Shown one piece after another: positions 8,991-21,388 of a stretch of DNA of 32,000 nucleotides. The stretch is from contig NC_003902.1 of assembly GCF_000007145.1 (NCBI RefSeq), forward strand, positions 3,656,497-3,688,496, read 5' to 3'. The DNA is from Xanthomonas campestris pv. campestris str. ATCC 33913. GTDB lineage: Bacteria > Pseudomonadota > Gammaproteobacteria > Xanthomonadales > Xanthomonadaceae. Within the stretch, counting starts at the first letter, position 1, and the number at the start of each line of letters is the position of its first letter. The notes below the pieces were generated by a model. The model did no database searches. It was not told the origin of the DNA and saw only the letters and a program-made list of their open reading frames with translations. Position numbers and translations under genes: made by a program.

Positions 8991-9089
8991 GTGCGATTCA
9001 GAGCTCAGCATCGCTGCAAGCAGGGAGCCGGGCAGTCGGCCCAACGCGCGCGGGGCAGTCAGCAATTCCCGCCATCCAGGTAAGACATC

Positions 9090-9124
9090 GCCCAAAACGC
9101 AGAAAGCCGCCCGAAGGCGGCTTT
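9090..9124 (-). terminator. Likely terminator of sucCD
   Basis: AAAGCCGCC-ttcg-GGCGGCTTT hairpin just after the sucD stop. On the minus strand it is followed by ctgcgTTTTggg, a moderate U-tract. Confidence 0.55.
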
Positions 9125-9147
9125 CCACGACACCACACCGGTGAGAC

Positions 9148-10023
9148 TTACTTCACCAGCGCAGCAATCGCCGCACCCAGATCGCCCGGCGAACGGACGG
9201 TCTTGACGCCAGCAGCTTCCATCGCCGCGAACTTGCCTTCGGCGGTGCCCTTGCCGCCCGATGCGATCGCACCGGCGTGGCCCATGCGCTTGCCGGCCGG
9301 CGCCGAGGCACCGGCGATGAAGCCGACCACCGGCTTCTTCACGAACTGCTTGATGTACTCGGCACCGGCTTCCTCGGCGTCGCCGCCGATCTCGCCAACC
9401 ATGATGATGCCTTCGGTCTGCGGGTCTTCGTTGAACAGCTTGAGGCAGTCGACGAAGTTCAGGCCGTTGATCGGGTCGCCACCGATCCCGATGCAGGTGC
9501 TCTGGCCCAGGCCCACTTCGGTGGTCTGCTTGACCGCTTCATAGGTCAGGGTGCCCGAACGCGACACGATGCCGATCTTGCCCGGCTTGTGGATGTGGCC
9601 CGGCATGATGCCGATCTTGCACTCGCCCGGGGTGATCACGCCGGGGCAGTTCGGCCCGATCAGCACGGTGTCCGGATGCGAGCGGGTCAGCACGTTCTTG
9701 ACGCGCAGCATGTCCAGCACCGGAATGCCTTCGGTGATGCAGACGATGACCTTGATGCCGGCCGCAGCCGCTTCCAGGATCGCATCGGCCGCATACGGCG
9801 GCGGCACGTAGATGACCGACGCGTCGGCGCCGGTGCTCTGCACGGCGTCGGCCACGGTGTTGAACACCGGCAGATCGATATGCGTGGTGCCGCCCTTGCC
9901 CGGCGTCACGCCGCCAACGACCTGGGTGCCGTACTCGATCATCTGAGTGGCGTGGAAGGTGCCCTGCTGGCCGGTGAAGCCCTGCACGATCACCTTGGTG
10001 TTCTTGTTAATCAAAACGGACAT
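9148..10023 (-). CDS. sucD: Succinyl-CoA ligase [ADP-forming] subunit alpha
   Basis: 291 aa. [24 protein letters not shown] and the phosphohistidine loop RMGHAGAI. Confidence 0.95.
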   Translation of the reverse strand: MSVLINKNTKVIVQGFTGQQGTFHATQMIEYGTQVVGGVTPGKGGTTHIDLPVFNTVADAVQSTGADASVIYVPPPYAADAILEAAAAGIKVIVCITEGIPVLDMLRVKNVLTRSHPDTVLIGPNCPGVITPGECKIGIMPGHIHKPGKIGIVSRSGTLTYEAVKQTTEVGLGQSTCIGIGGDPINGLNFVDCLKLFNEDPQTEGIIMVGEIGGDAEEAGAEYIKQFVKKPVVGFIAGASAPAGKRMGHAGAIASGGKGTAEGKFAAMEAAGVKTVRSPGDLGAAIAALVK

Positions 10024-10047
10024 GGATAGTTCCTTCGGTGTCGTGGA

Positions 10048-11217
10048 TCAGGCAGCGTTCTTGACAGCTTCAACGACCTTCTTGGCGCCGTCGTTGATGT
10101 TGTCGGCCGGGATGATGGCCATGCCGCTGTCACGCAGCAGTTGCTTGCCTTCTTCCACGTTGGTGCCTTCCAGGCGCACCACGACCGGCACCTTGACGCC
10201 CACTTCCTTGACCGCGGCAATGATGCCTTCGGCGATCATGTCGCAGCGGACGATGCCGCCGAAGATGTTGACGAAAATGCCTTCGACCTTGTCCGAGGAC
10301 AGGATCAGCTTGAACGCCTCGATGACGCGCTGCTTGTTGGCACCGCCGCCCACGTCCAGGAAGTTCGCCGGCTCGCCGCCGTTGAGCTTGATGACGTCCA
10401 TGGTGGCCATGGCCAGGCCAGCGCCGTTGACCATGCAACCGATGTTGCCGTCCATGGTGACGTAGTTGATGTCCAGCTCCGAAGCAGTCACTTCGGTCTC
10501 GTCTTCCTGGGTCTTGTCGCGCATGGCGACCAGCGCCTTCTGACGGAATGCGGCGTTGTCGTCGCTGTCGAACTTGCCGTCCAGCGCGTACAGGTTGCCG
10601 TCGTCCAGGATCGCCAGCGGGTTGATTTCAACCAGCGCCAGGTCCTTGTCGTTGAACAGGCGATACAGGTTCACCATGATGCTGGCGAACTGGCCGGCCT
10701 GCTTGGCATTGAGGCCGAGCTTGAAGCCGAAATCGCGGCCGTGGTAGCCCTGCACGCCTTCGACGAAATCGACGTTGAGCGAGTGGATCAGCTCCGGCGT
10801 CTCGGCGGCGACCTGTTCGATCTCCACGCCACCTTCGCTCGAGGCGATATAGGTGATGGTCTTGGTGCCGCGGTCGACCAGGATCGACAGGTACAGCTCC
10901 TTGACGATCTCGCCGGCGGTGGTCACCAGCACCAGGTTGACCGGCAACTCGACGCCTGCGGTCTGGTAGGTGGACATCTTGGTGCCGAGCATCTTGTCTG
11001 CTGCGGCCTTCACGTCGTCGGTGGTCTTGCAGAACTTGACGCCGCCAGCCTTGCCGCGGCCGCCCGCGTGGATCTGCGCCTTGACCATCCAGGGGCCCTT
11101 GCCCAAGGAGTTGGCGACTTCAACCGCTTCGTCCGGCGTGGACGCGACCTTACCGGCCGGGACGGGGATGCCGTACTCGGCAAGCAGCTGTTTTGACTGG
11201 TATTCGTGGAAATTCAT
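10048..11217 (-). CDS. sucC: Succinyl-CoA ligase [ADP-forming] subunit beta
   Basis: 389 aa. [23 protein letters not shown]-grasp N-terminus. Directly upstream of sucD. Confidence 0.95.
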   Translation of the reverse strand: MNFHEYQSKQLLAEYGIPVPAGKVASTPDEAVEVANSLGKGPWMVKAQIHAGGRGKAGGVKFCKTTDDVKAAADKMLGTKMSTYQTAGVELPVNLVLVTTAGEIVKELYLSILVDRGTKTITYIASSEGGVEIEQVAAETPELIHSLNVDFVEGVQGYHGRDFGFKLGLNAKQAGQFASIMVNLYRLFNDKDLALVEINPLAILDDGNLYALDGKFDSDDNAAFRQKALVAMRDKTQEDETEVTASELDINYVTMDGNIGCMVNGAGLAMATMDVIKLNGGEPANFLDVGGGANKQRVIEAFKLILSSDKVEGIFVNIFGGIVRCDMIAEGIIAAVKEVGVKVPVVVRLEGTNVEEGKQLLRDSGMAIIPADNINDGAKKVVEAVKNAA

Positions 11218-11450
11218 GCGTCACCGTGGGAAAAGGAAACGACCGCTGCGCGCAACGCAGACCGACGGGGCGGTCACGTCGGGAGACGCGAGCGGGCCGC
11301 CTATTGTGGCCGACCACGCCCTGCGGCGCAAAATTCGCCGGCATTGGCAGCCAGATCTGTGCGCTTGCGCAATGCGCGAATGCATGCGCAAGCGGCCGTG
11401 GGCGGCGCAGCTGCCTATACTCGCGGCTCGTTTCAGCAGGGGGTTCAGGC

Positions 11451-13061
11451 GTGGCATCCAGCGTATCGCTCATCGACCGGATCCAGTCGGCGCCGCAGCG
11501 CGAGCTGTATTTCTTCTCGCTGTACCGCGTGCTGGTGGCCGGCCTGATCGCCGCGCTGGTGTTCAGCCCGTTGTCCGACGCCATCCCCGAGCCGCGCTAC
11601 CCGCGGTTGGCCGCCGGGGTGGCGATCGGCTATCTGTCGATGGCCATCCCGCTGCTGTTCTGGGGCCGCAGCGAGCGCCGCCTCACCGCCACCGTGCTGT
11701 GCGCGGTGCTGGCCGACATCCTGGCCGCGACCCTGGCCACGCACGCCCTGCCCGGCGCCAGCGACGGTATCGCGATGATGCTGCTGTTCAACGTGGCGGC
11801 CGGCTCGATCCTGCTGCGGCTGCGCTACGGCATGAGTGTCGCGGTGGTGGCCAGCACCGCGATCGTGCTGGAGTACCTGTGGACGCTACTGGAAGGCGGC
11901 ACCACCCGCCCGGTGGCCGAGCTGGCCATGTTCGCCACCAGCTACGTGGCGGTGGCCTACATCTGCCAGCAGATCGCCTCGCGCGCGCGCAGCAACCAGG
12001 CGCTGGCCGAACAACGCGGCGCGCAGGTCGCCAACCTTTACGAAATCAACGAGCTGATCATCCGCCGCATGCGCACCGGCGTGCTGGTGGTCGATACCCA
12101 CAACCGCATCACCCTGGCCAACGAAGCCGCCCTGGCACTGCTCGGCGACGGCGACCAGCGCAACGCCCCGGCCGACCTGGCCCTGGCCGCGCTCACCCCG
12201 GAACTGGCGCGCCGGCTGCAGCGCTGGCGCAGCGGCTGGCGCCAGGAAGAATCCCCGCTGCAGCTGGGCGCGGACCGCCCCGAAGTGCAGCCGCGCTTCG
12301 TGCGCCTGCTCGCCGACAGCGACCTGGTGCTGATCTTCCTGGACGATGCCAGCGTGGTCTCGCGGCGCGCCGAATCGCTGACCCTCTCGGCCATGGGCCG
12401 GTTCTCGGCCAGCCTGGCCCACGAGATCCGCAACCCGCTGGCGGCCATCAACTACGCCTCGCAGCTGCTGGAAGAATCGCCGGACATCGGCGATGCCGAC
12501 CGCCGCCTGCTGCAGATCATCCACCAGCAATGCCAGCGCACCAACGGCATCGTCGAAAGCGTGCTCGGCCTGGCCCGGCGCGAGCGCGCCAGCCCGGAAA
12601 ACCTGGACCTGGCCGCGTTCGTGCGCCGCTTCGTCGTGGAATACCGGCAGACCTTGTCGATGGAGACCGACATCCTGGAAGCCAGCATCGAGGGCGCCTC
12701 GGTGCACGCCTTGATCGACCCCAAGCACCTGCACCAGGTCCTGACCGCGCTGGTACACAACGCACTCAAGTACGGCCGCATCCTGGACGAGCCGGCACGG
12801 GTGAAGCTGCGGGTGGAGCGGCGCGAGCGCATGGTGGCCATCGACGTCATCGACCGTGGCCCCGGCATTCCTGAAACCGTGGCAGCGCAGCTGTTCCGAC
12901 CGTTCTACACCACCTCCGAACACGGCACCGGGCTCGGCCTGTATATCGCCCAGGAACTGTGCCGCGCCAACCAGGCGCAACTGGATTACGTCTCCGTCCC
13001 CGGCGGCGGCGCGTGTTTCCGCATCCTGCTACAGGGCCCGAATGGGCTATTCGGCAAGTAG
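11451..13061 (+). CDS. pilS: Type IV pilus sensor histidine kinase PilS
   Basis: Multi-TM N-terminus, H-box SLAHEIRNPL, and an HATPase domain (DRGPGI, GTGLGLYI). Immediately upstream of pilR. Start assigned to GTG 11451 after AGGGGG; the upstream part of the track ORF looks non-coding. Confidence 0.85.
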   Translation: MASSVSLIDRIQSAPQRELYFFSLYRVLVAGLIAALVFSPLSDAIPEPRYPRLAAGVAIGYLSMAIPLLFWGRSERRLTATVLCAVLADILAATLATHALPGASDGIAMMLLFNVAAGSILLRLRYGMSVAVVASTAIVLEYLWTLLEGGTTRPVAELAMFATSYVAVAYICQQIASRARSNQALAEQRGAQVANLYEINELIIRRMRTGVLVVDTHNRITLANEAALALLGDGDQRNAPADLALAALTPELARRLQRWRSGWRQEESPLQLGADRPEVQPRFVRLLADSDLVLIFLDDASVVSRRAESLTLSAMGRFSASLAHEIRNPLAAINYASQLLEESPDIGDADRRLLQIIHQQCQRTNGIVESVLGLARRERASPENLDLAAFVRRFVVEYRQTLSMETDILEASIEGASVHALIDPKHLHQVLTALVHNALKYGRILDEPARVKLRVERRERMVAIDVIDRGPGIPETVAAQLFRPFYTTSEHGTGLGLYIAQELCRANQAQLDYVSVPGGGACFRILLQGPNGLFGK

Positions 13062-13269
13062 GCGAGCAGAGCAAATCTGCGCAGGCCGGCTGTCCTGCCC
13101 GGGCAGCAATCGGCTCGCAATCAGCAGCGATCTCCGCGCGCGCGAGGCCTTGTGGCACCGAACGTGGGACGAACATCGGTAGCAGCCCCGCACGCCCAAC
13201 ACATGACGCTTCAGGTCCAGCAGCGCCGGTAATTGTCGACTGTCATCACGCTGGGCTATCGTGCGCAAC

Positions 13270-14664
<1,395 letters not shown>

Positions 14665-14665
14665 A

Positions 14666-14700
14666 GGGGCCGGGAATTGGGAGTGGGGAATCGGGAATCG
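14666..14700. repeat. GGGAAT-type heptamer array (left arm of inverted pair)
   Basis: ggGGCCGGGAATTGGGAGTGGGGAATCGGGAATCG starts 2 nt after the pilR stop. Confidence 0.8.
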
Positions 14701-14925
14701 TAAAAGCGGGTTGGTTGGTTTCGCTTGCTCTGGCCCCGCCGTCCATCGCTACTGGATGCGGCATCTTTTGCACGCTGCTGTGCTCAACTCAGAGCGGCTG
14801 CGAAACGTCGCTAACAACCGTCGCGCAAGGCGGGCGGCACTGAGGAACCGGAGTGCACGAGGGTGCATGAGGACTAACGAGCACCGGCCGCGCCAGCCCG
14901 TTGCGACGCACGCGTTTCAATAACT

Positions 14926-14970
14926 ACACCAAAAGAAACGGCGCTCCCCCGCCCGGAGGAAGCGCCGTTT
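14926..14970 (-). terminator. Rho-independent terminator of pilB
   Basis: 10-bp stem AAACGGCGCT/AGCGCCGTTT (14936-14945 / 14961-14970). On the minus strand it is followed by TTTCTTTTGG. Confidence 0.7.
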
Positions 14971-15047
14971 CGGCAAGGCCTTGCGACTGCCCTGCTCGCA
15001 AGCCTATAGATCAAGAGCTAAATCGCTATATCCGGAGTGGGCCTTTC

Positions 15048-15080
15048 CGATTCCCCACTCCCGATTCCCAATTCCCGGCC
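15048..15080. repeat. GGGAAT-type heptamer array (right arm, inverted)
   Basis: CGATTCCCCACTCCCGATTCCCAATTCCCGGCC ends 2 nt before the pilB stop. Its reverse complement shares the first 15 nt and the same heptamer set as 14668-14700, with one unit transposed. Confidence 0.8.
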
Positions 15081-15082
15081 TG

Positions 15083-16816
<1,734 letters not shown>

Positions 16817-16880
16817 TACGCACCTACGAAAGGACAAGCATTTGATTTTTCTAAGCCGATTTCAAGCACAACCGCGAAAA

Positions 16881-17315
16881 TCATCTACATGCTTGAGGAA
16901 GATACTTTGACTGAATAGTAGTCCCGGAGCCGTTGCATCGCCATACGGTCGAACCTGCTCCCGACCAGTCAGGCACCAATTGCAAATGTGACGTTCGTAT
17001 GCTTCGACTAGCATCCCCGCTAGAAAAGGCGACAGTAATAACTCCATCGACCTCAACCGTGACTGAGGAGACATACTTCCCTTTAATGCTTTCAGGACTC
17101 CCCAATCCAGCCTCAATATTTGTGCTTGGTGACGCACTCTTAGCCCAGTGGAACTCTTCGACAGCCACCTTTGCGCCTGAGGCCAGACTTAGACCCTCTG
17201 ACACCTGAGCTCTAACGAGGTAGTCTTGGTAGGCAGGCAATGCTATCGCTGCCAGAATAGCGATAACCGCAACCACGATCATCAACTCAATCAAAGTGAA
17301 TCCTCGGACCCTCAC
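16881..17315 (-). CDS. Type IVa pilin, second (downstream) copy
   Basis: Class III signal [32 protein letters not shown] and a C-terminal Cys pair (C..C disulfide loop). GTG start after AAGGGGG. AT-richer than the flanks. Confidence 0.85.
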   Translation of the reverse strand: MRVRGFTLIELMIVVAVIAILAAIALPAYQDYLVRAQVSEGLSLASGAKVAVEEFHWAKSASPSTNIEAGLGSPESIKGKYVSSVTVEVDGVITVAFSSGDASRSIRTSHLQLVPDWSGAGSTVWRCNGSGTTIQSKYLPQACR

Positions 17316-17350
17316 TTTGCCCCCTTTGAGCTTAACACTCAGTCAGAAGT

Positions 17351-17378
17351 AAAAAAGCCCCGGGCGAGCCGGGGCCTT
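17351..17378 (-). terminator. Rho-independent terminator after the major pilin gene
   Basis: GCCCCGG-ctcg-CCGGGGC hairpin, followed on the minus strand by TTTTTT. Confidence 0.8.
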
Positions 17379-17394
17379 TCAACATGAGCTTTGA

Positions 17395-17835
17395 TTACGG
17401 AGCCGCCGCAGTGCGGCAAGAGGTCGGCAGATACTTCTGATCAATCGTGGTGCCGTTGGTGCACCCCCAGCTGATCGAACCGTTATTGTCAGTCGGGGTC
17501 AGGACCAGATTCTTGCCACTCAACTTTGCATTAGCAGTATTGAATGCCGCGGTGATGATCCCACCCGCCCCCACCGTCACAGACGTAACGTACTTACCCT
17601 TGATGTTCGCAGCAGCCTCAAGGCCAGCGGCGGCATTGGTCGCCGGGAAGGCACCGGTGTTAGCATAAGTTTCAGCGACAGCTGTCTTTGCACCCGACGC
17701 CAAAGACAAGCCTTCCGAAACCTGCGAACGAGCGAGGTAATCCTGGTACGCCGGCAAAGCGATAGCGGCCAGAATAGCGATGATCGCAACGACGATCATG
17801 AGTTCGATCAGTGTAAAACCATTTTGCTTTTTCAT
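17395..17835 (-). CDS. pilA: Type IVa major pilin
   Basis: [43 protein letters not shown]-terminal disulfide loop [16 protein letters not shown]. Divergent from pilC. Confidence 0.9.
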   Translation of the reverse strand: MKKQNGFTLIELMIVVAIIAILAAIALPAYQDYLARSQVSEGLSLASGAKTAVAETYANTGAFPATNAAAGLEAAANIKGKYVTSVTVGAGGIITAAFNTANAKLSGKNLVLTPTDNNGSISWGCTNGTTIDQKYLPTSCRTAAAP

Positions 17836-17926
17836 TGTCTACATCCCCTAGAGAGTTGAATGATTCAGTTGCTAACCGCTTTGCTGAAGTAAAGCACATT
17901 TGCAGCTTGCCGCCGAATGGACTCAA

Positions 17927-17943
17927 GCACATTCCGTGCCAAG
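17927..17943 (-). promoter_or_regulatory. Sigma-54 (-24/-12) promoter of pilA
   Basis: The minus strand reads CTTGGCACGGAATGTGCTT, against the consensus TGGCACG-N4-TTGCW. There is one mismatch in the -12 box with GC retained. It lies about 90 nt upstream of the pilA ATG, and PilR is encoded nearby. Confidence 0.6.
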
Positions 17944-18161
17944 TTGGCCCACATCAATGCGCCCCGTGGGAATAGTTGCAGAGACAAGCGCTCAAGGGAA
18001 GTACACAAGCTGAGAAGTGCGAGGCCCAGACGCAAGTGACGCTACGGGTCAGTTTTGGACCCCTTCCTGGCCTAAGACAGGCCCTTTGGGAGCATGCTGA
18101 GATCTTGCAAACAAGCTACTATTGGCGAGCACCGGCCTGGGGATGGTCGCGGGGAATAGTT

Positions 18162-19418
18162 ATGTCAATCGCTCGTAGCAGCATGAAGAAGCAGCCGATA
18201 GACCGGAACGTAAACGAGATGGTCCCATTTGTCTGGGAGGGTACGGACAAGCGCGGCATCAAGATGAAGGGGGAACAACCTGCTCGCAACGCGAACATGC
18301 TCCGCGCTGAGCTTCGGCGGCAGGGCATCACACCTTTAGTTGTAAAGACGAAGCCTAAGCCGCTTTTCGGCGCCGCTGGCAAGAAAATTTCTTCAAAAGA
18401 TATCGCATTTTTCAGTCGCCAGATGGCAACAATGATGAAGTCGGGCGTACCTATTGTTGGATCGCTTGAAATCATCGGAGAGGGGCACAAAAATCCCCGC
18501 ATGAAAAAAATGGTTGGTCAAATTAGGACCGACATTGAAGGAGGGTCTTCACTCCATGAAGCAATTTCTAGGCATCCAGTCCAATTCGACGACCTCTATC
18601 GAAATTTGGTACGAGCAGGCGAAGGTGCCGGCGTTCTAGAAACCGTTTTAGACACAGTTGCAAATTACAAAGAAAACATTGAAGCACTGAAGGGAAAAAT
18701 AAAGAAAGCTTTATTTTATCCTGCAATGGTAATGGCCGTTGCAATTATTGTGAGCGGAATATTACTTGTATTTGTTGTCCCGCAATTTGAAGACGTATTC
18801 AAAGGATTCGGAGCAGAACTACCAGCTTTCACTCAGATGATCGTCGCGGCGTCGCGTTTCATGGTGTCTTATTGGTGGCTTATGCTACTTGGTAGCATCG
18901 CAGCAATTGCAGGATTCATTTTTGCTTACAAGCGCTCGCCTCGCATGCGACATGGAATGGATAGATTGGTCTTGAAGGTCCCAGTCATTGGCCAGATCAT
19001 GCATAATAGCTCTATCGCCCGATTTGCGCGAACCACTGCCGTTACGTTCAAAGCTGGCGTTCCTTTAGTTGAAGCCTTGAGCATTGTGGCTGGCGCCACC
19101 GGTAATAAAGTTTATGAGGAAGCTGTGCTTCGTATGCGCGATGATGTCTCGGTAGGCTACCCTGTCAACATGGCGATGAAGCAGGTCAATCTTTTCCCAC
19201 ACATGGTGGTTCAGATGACCTCGATCGGCGAAGAAGCTGGCGCCCTGGATGCCATGTTGTTCAAAGTGGCTGAATATTTCGAGCAAGAAGTTAATAACGC
19301 CGTGGATGCATTGAGCAGCTTACTGGAACCATTGATCATGGTTTTTATTGGCACAATTGTGGGCGGCATGGTCATTGGCATGTATCTTCCCATCTTCAAA
19401 CTTGGCTCAGTGGTCTAA
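18162..19418 (+). CDS. pilC: Type IV pilus inner-membrane platform protein PilC
   Basis: GspF/PilC family with two repeated T2SSF domains. Start at ATG 18162 (MSIARSSMKKQPIDRNVNEMVPFVWEGTDKRG). Markedly AT-richer than pilD. Confidence 0.9.
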   Translation: MSIARSSMKKQPIDRNVNEMVPFVWEGTDKRGIKMKGEQPARNANMLRAELRRQGITPLVVKTKPKPLFGAAGKKISSKDIAFFSRQMATMMKSGVPIVGSLEIIGEGHKNPRMKKMVGQIRTDIEGGSSLHEAISRHPVQFDDLYRNLVRAGEGAGVLETVLDTVANYKENIEALKGKIKKALFYPAMVMAVAIIVSGILLVFVVPQFEDVFKGFGAELPAFTQMIVAASRFMVSYWWLMLLGSIAAIAGFIFAYKRSPRMRHGMDRLVLKVPVIGQIMHNSSIARFARTTAVTFKAGVPLVEALSIVAGATGNKVYEEAVLRMRDDVSVGYPVNMAMKQVNLFPHMVVQMTSIGEEAGALDAMLFKVAEYFEQEVNNAVDALSSLLEPLIMVFIGTIVGGMVIGMYLPIFKLGSVV

Positions 19419-19424
19419 AACGTA

Positions 19425-20288
19425 ATGGCATTTCTCGACCAGCATCCCGGTCTCGGCTTTCCCGCCGCGGCCGGACTGGGACTGCTGATCGGCAGCTTCC
19501 TGAATGTAGTGATCCTGCGCTTGCCCAAGCGCATGGAGTGGCAGTGGCGGCGCGATGCGCGCGAAATCCTGGAACTGCCCGACATCTACGAGCCGCCGCC
19601 GCCGGGCATTGTGGTGGAGCCATCGCACGATCCGGTCACCGGCGACAAGCTCAAGTGGTGGGAGAACATTCCGCTGTTCAGCTGGCTGATGCTGCGCGGC
19701 AAGTCGCGCTACAGCGGCAAGCCGATCTCCATCCAGTACCCGCTGGTGGAGCTGTTGACCTCGATCCTGTGCGTGGCCAGCGTCTGGCGCTTCGGCTTCG
19801 GCTGGCAGGGCTTCGGTGCGATCGTGCTGAGCTGCTTTCTGGTGGCGATGTCGGGTATCGACCTGCGCCACAAGCTGCTGCCGGACCAGCTGACCTTGCC
19901 GCTGATGTGGTTGGGCTTGGTCGGTTCGATGGACAACCTCTACATGCCAGCCAAGCCCGCCCTGCTGGGTGCGGCGGTCGGCTATGTCTCGCTCTGGACG
20001 GTGTGGTGGCTGTTCAAGCAGCTCACCGGCAAGGAAGGGATGGGCCACGGCGACTTCAAGTTGCTGGCTGCGCTGGGGGCGTGGTGCGGGTTGAAGGGCA
20101 TTCTGCCGATCATCCTGATCTCCTCGCTGGTCGGCGCCGTGCTCGGTTCGATCTGGCTGTTCGCCAAGGGGCGCGACCGCGCCACGCCGATCCCGTTCGG
20201 ACCTTATCTGGCCATCGCCGGCTGGGTAGTGTTCTTCTGGGGTAACGACCTGGTGGATGGCTACCTGCGTTTCGCAGGCCTGCGTTGA
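19425..20288 (+). CDS. pilD: Prepilin peptidase / N-methyltransferase PilD
   Basis: A24 peptidase: the N-terminal DiS-P-DiS region is replaced by an LRLPKRMEW... loop. Catalytic Asp-containing SGIDLRHKLLPD and GMGHGDFKLLAALGAW. Confidence 0.9.
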   Translation: MAFLDQHPGLGFPAAAGLGLLIGSFLNVVILRLPKRMEWQWRRDAREILELPDIYEPPPPGIVVEPSHDPVTGDKLKWWENIPLFSWLMLRGKSRYSGKPISIQYPLVELLTSILCVASVWRFGFGWQGFGAIVLSCFLVAMSGIDLRHKLLPDQLTLPLMWLGLVGSMDNLYMPAKPALLGAAVGYVSLWTVWWLFKQLTGKEGMGHGDFKLLAALGAWCGLKGILPIILISSLVGAVLGSIWLFAKGRDRATPIPFGPYLAIAGWVVFFWGNDLVDGYLRFAGLR

Positions 20289-20301
20289 GCAAGCCACGAC
20301 G

Positions 20302-20925
20302 ATGAGCAACTTCATCGTCGGCCTCACCGGCGGCATCGCCTCCGGCAAAAGCGCACTTGCCGCTGAGTTCGAGAAGTTGGGCGTGCCGGTGGTCGATGCC
20401 GATGTCGTTGCGCGGCAAGTGGTGGCGCCTGGTCTCATACTTGATGCCATCACGAACCGCTTTGGCCAAGGCATCTTGTTGCCGGATGGCACGCTGGATC
20501 GACAGGCCTTACGCAAGATCGTCTTCGCGGATCCAACCGAGCGGAGAGCGCTCGAAGCGATCACCCATCCTGCCATTCGCACCGAATTGCAGCGCGCGGC
20601 GAAAGCGGCCAATCACCCCTACGCTATCGTGGCAATCCCATTACTCGCTGAAGCAGGGGCACGGGCGACCTATCCCTGGCTCGACCGCATCCTGGTCGTC
20701 GACGTACCGGTTGCGCTTCAACACGCCCGCCTGATGCAACGCGACGGCAGTACGTCGGCCCTTGCCGGTCAGATGATTGCCGCGCAGGCCTCTCGCGCAC
20801 AGCGACTGGCCATCGCCGATGATGTTGTCAGTAATGAGGGCAATACGGACCAGTTGGCGCAACAGGCGCAACGGCTGGATGCGACTTACAGAGCGGCGCT
20901 TCAAACCCATCGAATCGAAAACTAA
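20302..20925 (+). CDS. coaE: Dephospho-CoA kinase
   Basis: P-loop VGLTGGIASGKS at the N-terminus. Conserved position after pilD. Confidence 0.9.
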   Translation: MSNFIVGLTGGIASGKSALAAEFEKLGVPVVDADVVARQVVAPGLILDAITNRFGQGILLPDGTLDRQALRKIVFADPTERRALEAITHPAIRTELQRAAKAANHPYAIVAIPLLAEAGARATYPWLDRILVVDVPVALQHARLMQRDGSTSALAGQMIAAQASRAQRLAIADDVVSNEGNTDQLAQQAQRLDATYRAALQTHRIEN

Positions 20926-21159
20926 CGTTTGATACTCCCGTATGCGATATGCGCCACGGCCGCACGGCCACCATCACATCGGTTAAAAATGATTTGGATG
21001 CAATGCACGGAATCCACTATTCCTGCACAGCAGGCCTGCCGGCACATGTGGCATGCGCCACTCACAGCGTGATGTACTCCAAGCCGGAATCAAGGAACTC
21101 TCCTTTCGCCTGACGTACTTTCCTGCAATTGACATTGCAAGCAACCAGTAGCAACCTCT

Positions 21160-21224
21160 GCCTCAAGGAGCGTAGAAACTCCATGCATAGCGGTACCCAC
21201 CTCCGTCAAACCGGTGGGTTTTTT
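21160..21224 (+). ncRNA. Candidate small RNA ending at an orphan intrinsic terminator
   Basis: Terminator ACCCACC-(11 nt)-GGTGGGT plus TTTTTT at 21195-21224 lies 270 nt after coaE, with no ORF to terminate. TTGACA at 21129-21134 has only a weak -10 (CAACCT) 17 nt later. The 5' end is a guess. Confidence 0.3.
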
Positions 21225-21388
21225 GTGCCTGCCTGCAGGTGCAAGCCGACGCGATGCCTGCGTCGGGAGGGCGGCTAATACAACACTCCTTCGGGAGGAA
21301 TACGCCCGCCGACTATGCACGGTTTCTAACCTCCCGACATCCCGTCGCCGGCCGGCGACGGTGCCTGTTTTTCGAAGGAGGCGTTGTC
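21225..21388 (+). promoter_or_regulatory. Structured leader with terminator-like palindrome upstream of the uORF/SymE-like gene
   Basis: 9-bp pairing GTCGGGAGG (21262-21270) / CCTCCCGAC (21330-21338). CTCC-UUCG-GGAG tetraloop hairpin at 21286-21297. Perfect 20-nt palindrome CCGTCGCCGGCCGGCGACGG at 21342-21361 with a T5 tract 6 nt later. Strong SD GAAGGAGG at 21374-21381. Confidence 0.45.

Noticed and set aside
13153-13168. TGGCACCGAACGTGGG in the 208-nt pilS-pilR spacer looks like a sigma-54 -24 element.
   Set aside because: The -12 box is GTGG instead of TTGC, so the invariant GC is lost. This is insufficient to call a promoter, and the spacer itself has no other clear signal.
21183-21278. 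31-codon ORF (MHSGTHLRQTGGFFVPACRCKPTRCLRREGG) spanning the orphan terminator; could be a type I toxin peptide.
   Set aside because: The AAGGAG is 12 nt from the ATG, which is too far. The ORF reads straight through a terminator hairpin and is not hydrophobic like known type I toxins.
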